A stretch of 64,000 nt of DNA from Acidimicrobiia bacterium. GTDB lineage: Bacteria > Actinomycetota > Acidimicrobiia > IMCC26256 > PALSA-610. The stretch spans positions 16,729-80,728 of the forward strand of contig JBBQTI010000007.1 in the NCBI GenBank assembly GCA_038213435.1, in the 5' to 3' direction. The position numbers were made by a program, and so were the translations under genes. How positions within the stretch are numbered: the stretch's first letter is position 1; each line of letters starts with the position of its first letter. Of this stretch, positions 63,408 through 64,000 are shown piece after piece. Under the pieces are notes generated by a model that worked only from the letters and a program-made list of their open reading frames with translations, made no database searches and was not told the origin of the DNA.

Positions 63408-64000
63408 GTGGTCGCAGCCCCGGTTTCCCCGGTTCTTCCCCGGCGTGACGAGCACGCTCGGGCGCAGTTGCGAGCGACCGCCACCCGTGCCGCTCCGGCG
63501 GTGCTGGCCGGCGAACGGCTCCTCGCCGTCGCCGGTCCGATGGGTCAGCTCCTCCCGGCGGGCGGTATCCAGCGCGGCAGCACGGTTGCGCTCGATGGGC
63601 CAACGGGTGCGGGGTCGACGACCGTTGCGCTCCTGCTCGCCGCGGCAACCACCTCCGTAGGCGAGTGGGCGGCGGTCGTCGACCCCGACGGCACCTTGGG
63701 GGCGCGAGCCGCGGCCAAGATCGGCGTCGTCTTGGAACGGTGCGCGATCGTCCGCTCCGTGCCACCCGATCGATGGCCGGCGGTCGTCGGCGCCCTGCTC
63801 GACGGAGTCTCGCTCGTCGCGGCCGCAGTCCCACCGAGCTTGCGGCCCGGCGACGCCCGCCGGCTCGCGGCCCGAGCGCGCGAGCGCGCCACGGTGCTCG
63901 TGACGCTCGGACCGTGGCCGGTCGAAGCAACCCTCCGCCTCCACGCCCAGGGTTGGGATTGGTCGGGGCTCGCGACCGGAGGAGGTCTGCTCGCCGACAG
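63408..64000 (+). CDS. imuA: ImuA'-like RecA-fold protein of the SOS mutagenesis cassette (partial; continues beyond the window)
   Basis: Hand translation shows an open, GC3-rich frame to the window end: VVAAPVSP...ERLLAVAGPMGQLLPAGGIQRGSTVALDGPTGAGSTTVALLLAAATTSVGEWAAVVDPDGTLGARAAAKIGVVLERCAIVRSVPPDRWPAVVGALLDGVSLVAAAV... This matches the degenerate Walker-A/RecA-like layout of ImuA' proteins. It is not in the ORF track because no stop lies in the window. Confidence 0.6.
   Translation, partial: MVAAPVSPVLPRRDEHARAQLRATATRAAPAVLAGERLLAVAGPMGQLLPAGGIQRGSTVALDGPTGAGSTTVALLLAAATTSVGEWAAVVDPDGTLGARAAAKIGVVLERCAIVRSVPPDRWPAVVGALLDGVSLVAAAVPPSLRPGDARRLAARARERATVLVTLGPWPVEATLRLHAQGWDWSGLATGGGLLAD

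Noticed and set aside
63253-63660. A 135-aa ORF spanning the lower-GC spacer and the SOS box.
   Set aside because: It has a TTG start, an Arg/Pro/Ser-rich product, and runs out of frame over the imuA'-like coding region. Another frame of the same DNA shows only an unstartable transposase-HTH relic.

Overview
This is a 64-kb window of a very GC-rich chromosome with strong GC3 bias, most likely a high-GC Actinomycetota. Gene order resembles the mycobacterial gpsA-cofC-hupB-leuDC-IclR-gltX-tRNAGln/Glu-leuB-serA neighbourhood. All calls rest on reading the ORF translations and the DNA by eye. No database search was run, and most start codons are provisional.

Content is mainly core metabolism and housekeeping:
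- Branched-chain amino-acid synthesis: leuA, leuCD, leuB, ilvE, cimA, plus serA and an aminotransferase.
- Translation and nucleic-acid functions: gltX followed by tRNA-Gln and tRNA-Glu, greA, rnhB, rnd, HU.
- Lipid and acyl-CoA metabolism: four acyl-CoA dehydrogenases (two form an adjacent pair), three SDRs, two small ferredoxins, plsC, gpsA.
- F420-related genes: cofC and LLM oxidoreductases.
- Cell-wall enzymes: a class B PBP, a D,D-carboxypeptidase, an NlpC/P60 hydrolase.
- Others: a hydantoinase A/B pair, a GH38 mannosidase, a KdpDE-like two-component pair, pgi, bioB.
- The window ends inside a LexA-box-preceded imuA'-like gene.

Many long Arg/Pro-rich ORFs in the track are antisense or out-of-frame shadows and were not called.

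The most unusual signal is a dispersed and tandem 56-57-bp repeat family dense in GGAG. It occurs at four loci, and in every case it begins exactly on the TAG stop codon of the gene it follows, in that gene's orientation. Each unit carries an SD-like run plus a GTG-initiated 6-codon mini-ORF. At one locus the repeat appears to supply the SD and GTG start of the downstream MazG-like gene. This is MIRU-like behaviour and may represent an undescribed element class for this lineage.

Other notable points:
- Two leader-peptide attenuators: a Leu-rich one before leuA and an Ile/Val-rich one before leuB-ilvE-cimA.
- A 6x pentapeptide in-frame VNTR at the 5' end of leuC.
- A fused E1 alpha-beta gene paired with a lipoyl-less E2.
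- An HU core gene followed by a separate Lys/Ala-rich tail gene.
- Two genes with frame breaks.
- A KstR-type box.
- A lower-GC structured region with an IS remnant just upstream of the SOS box.
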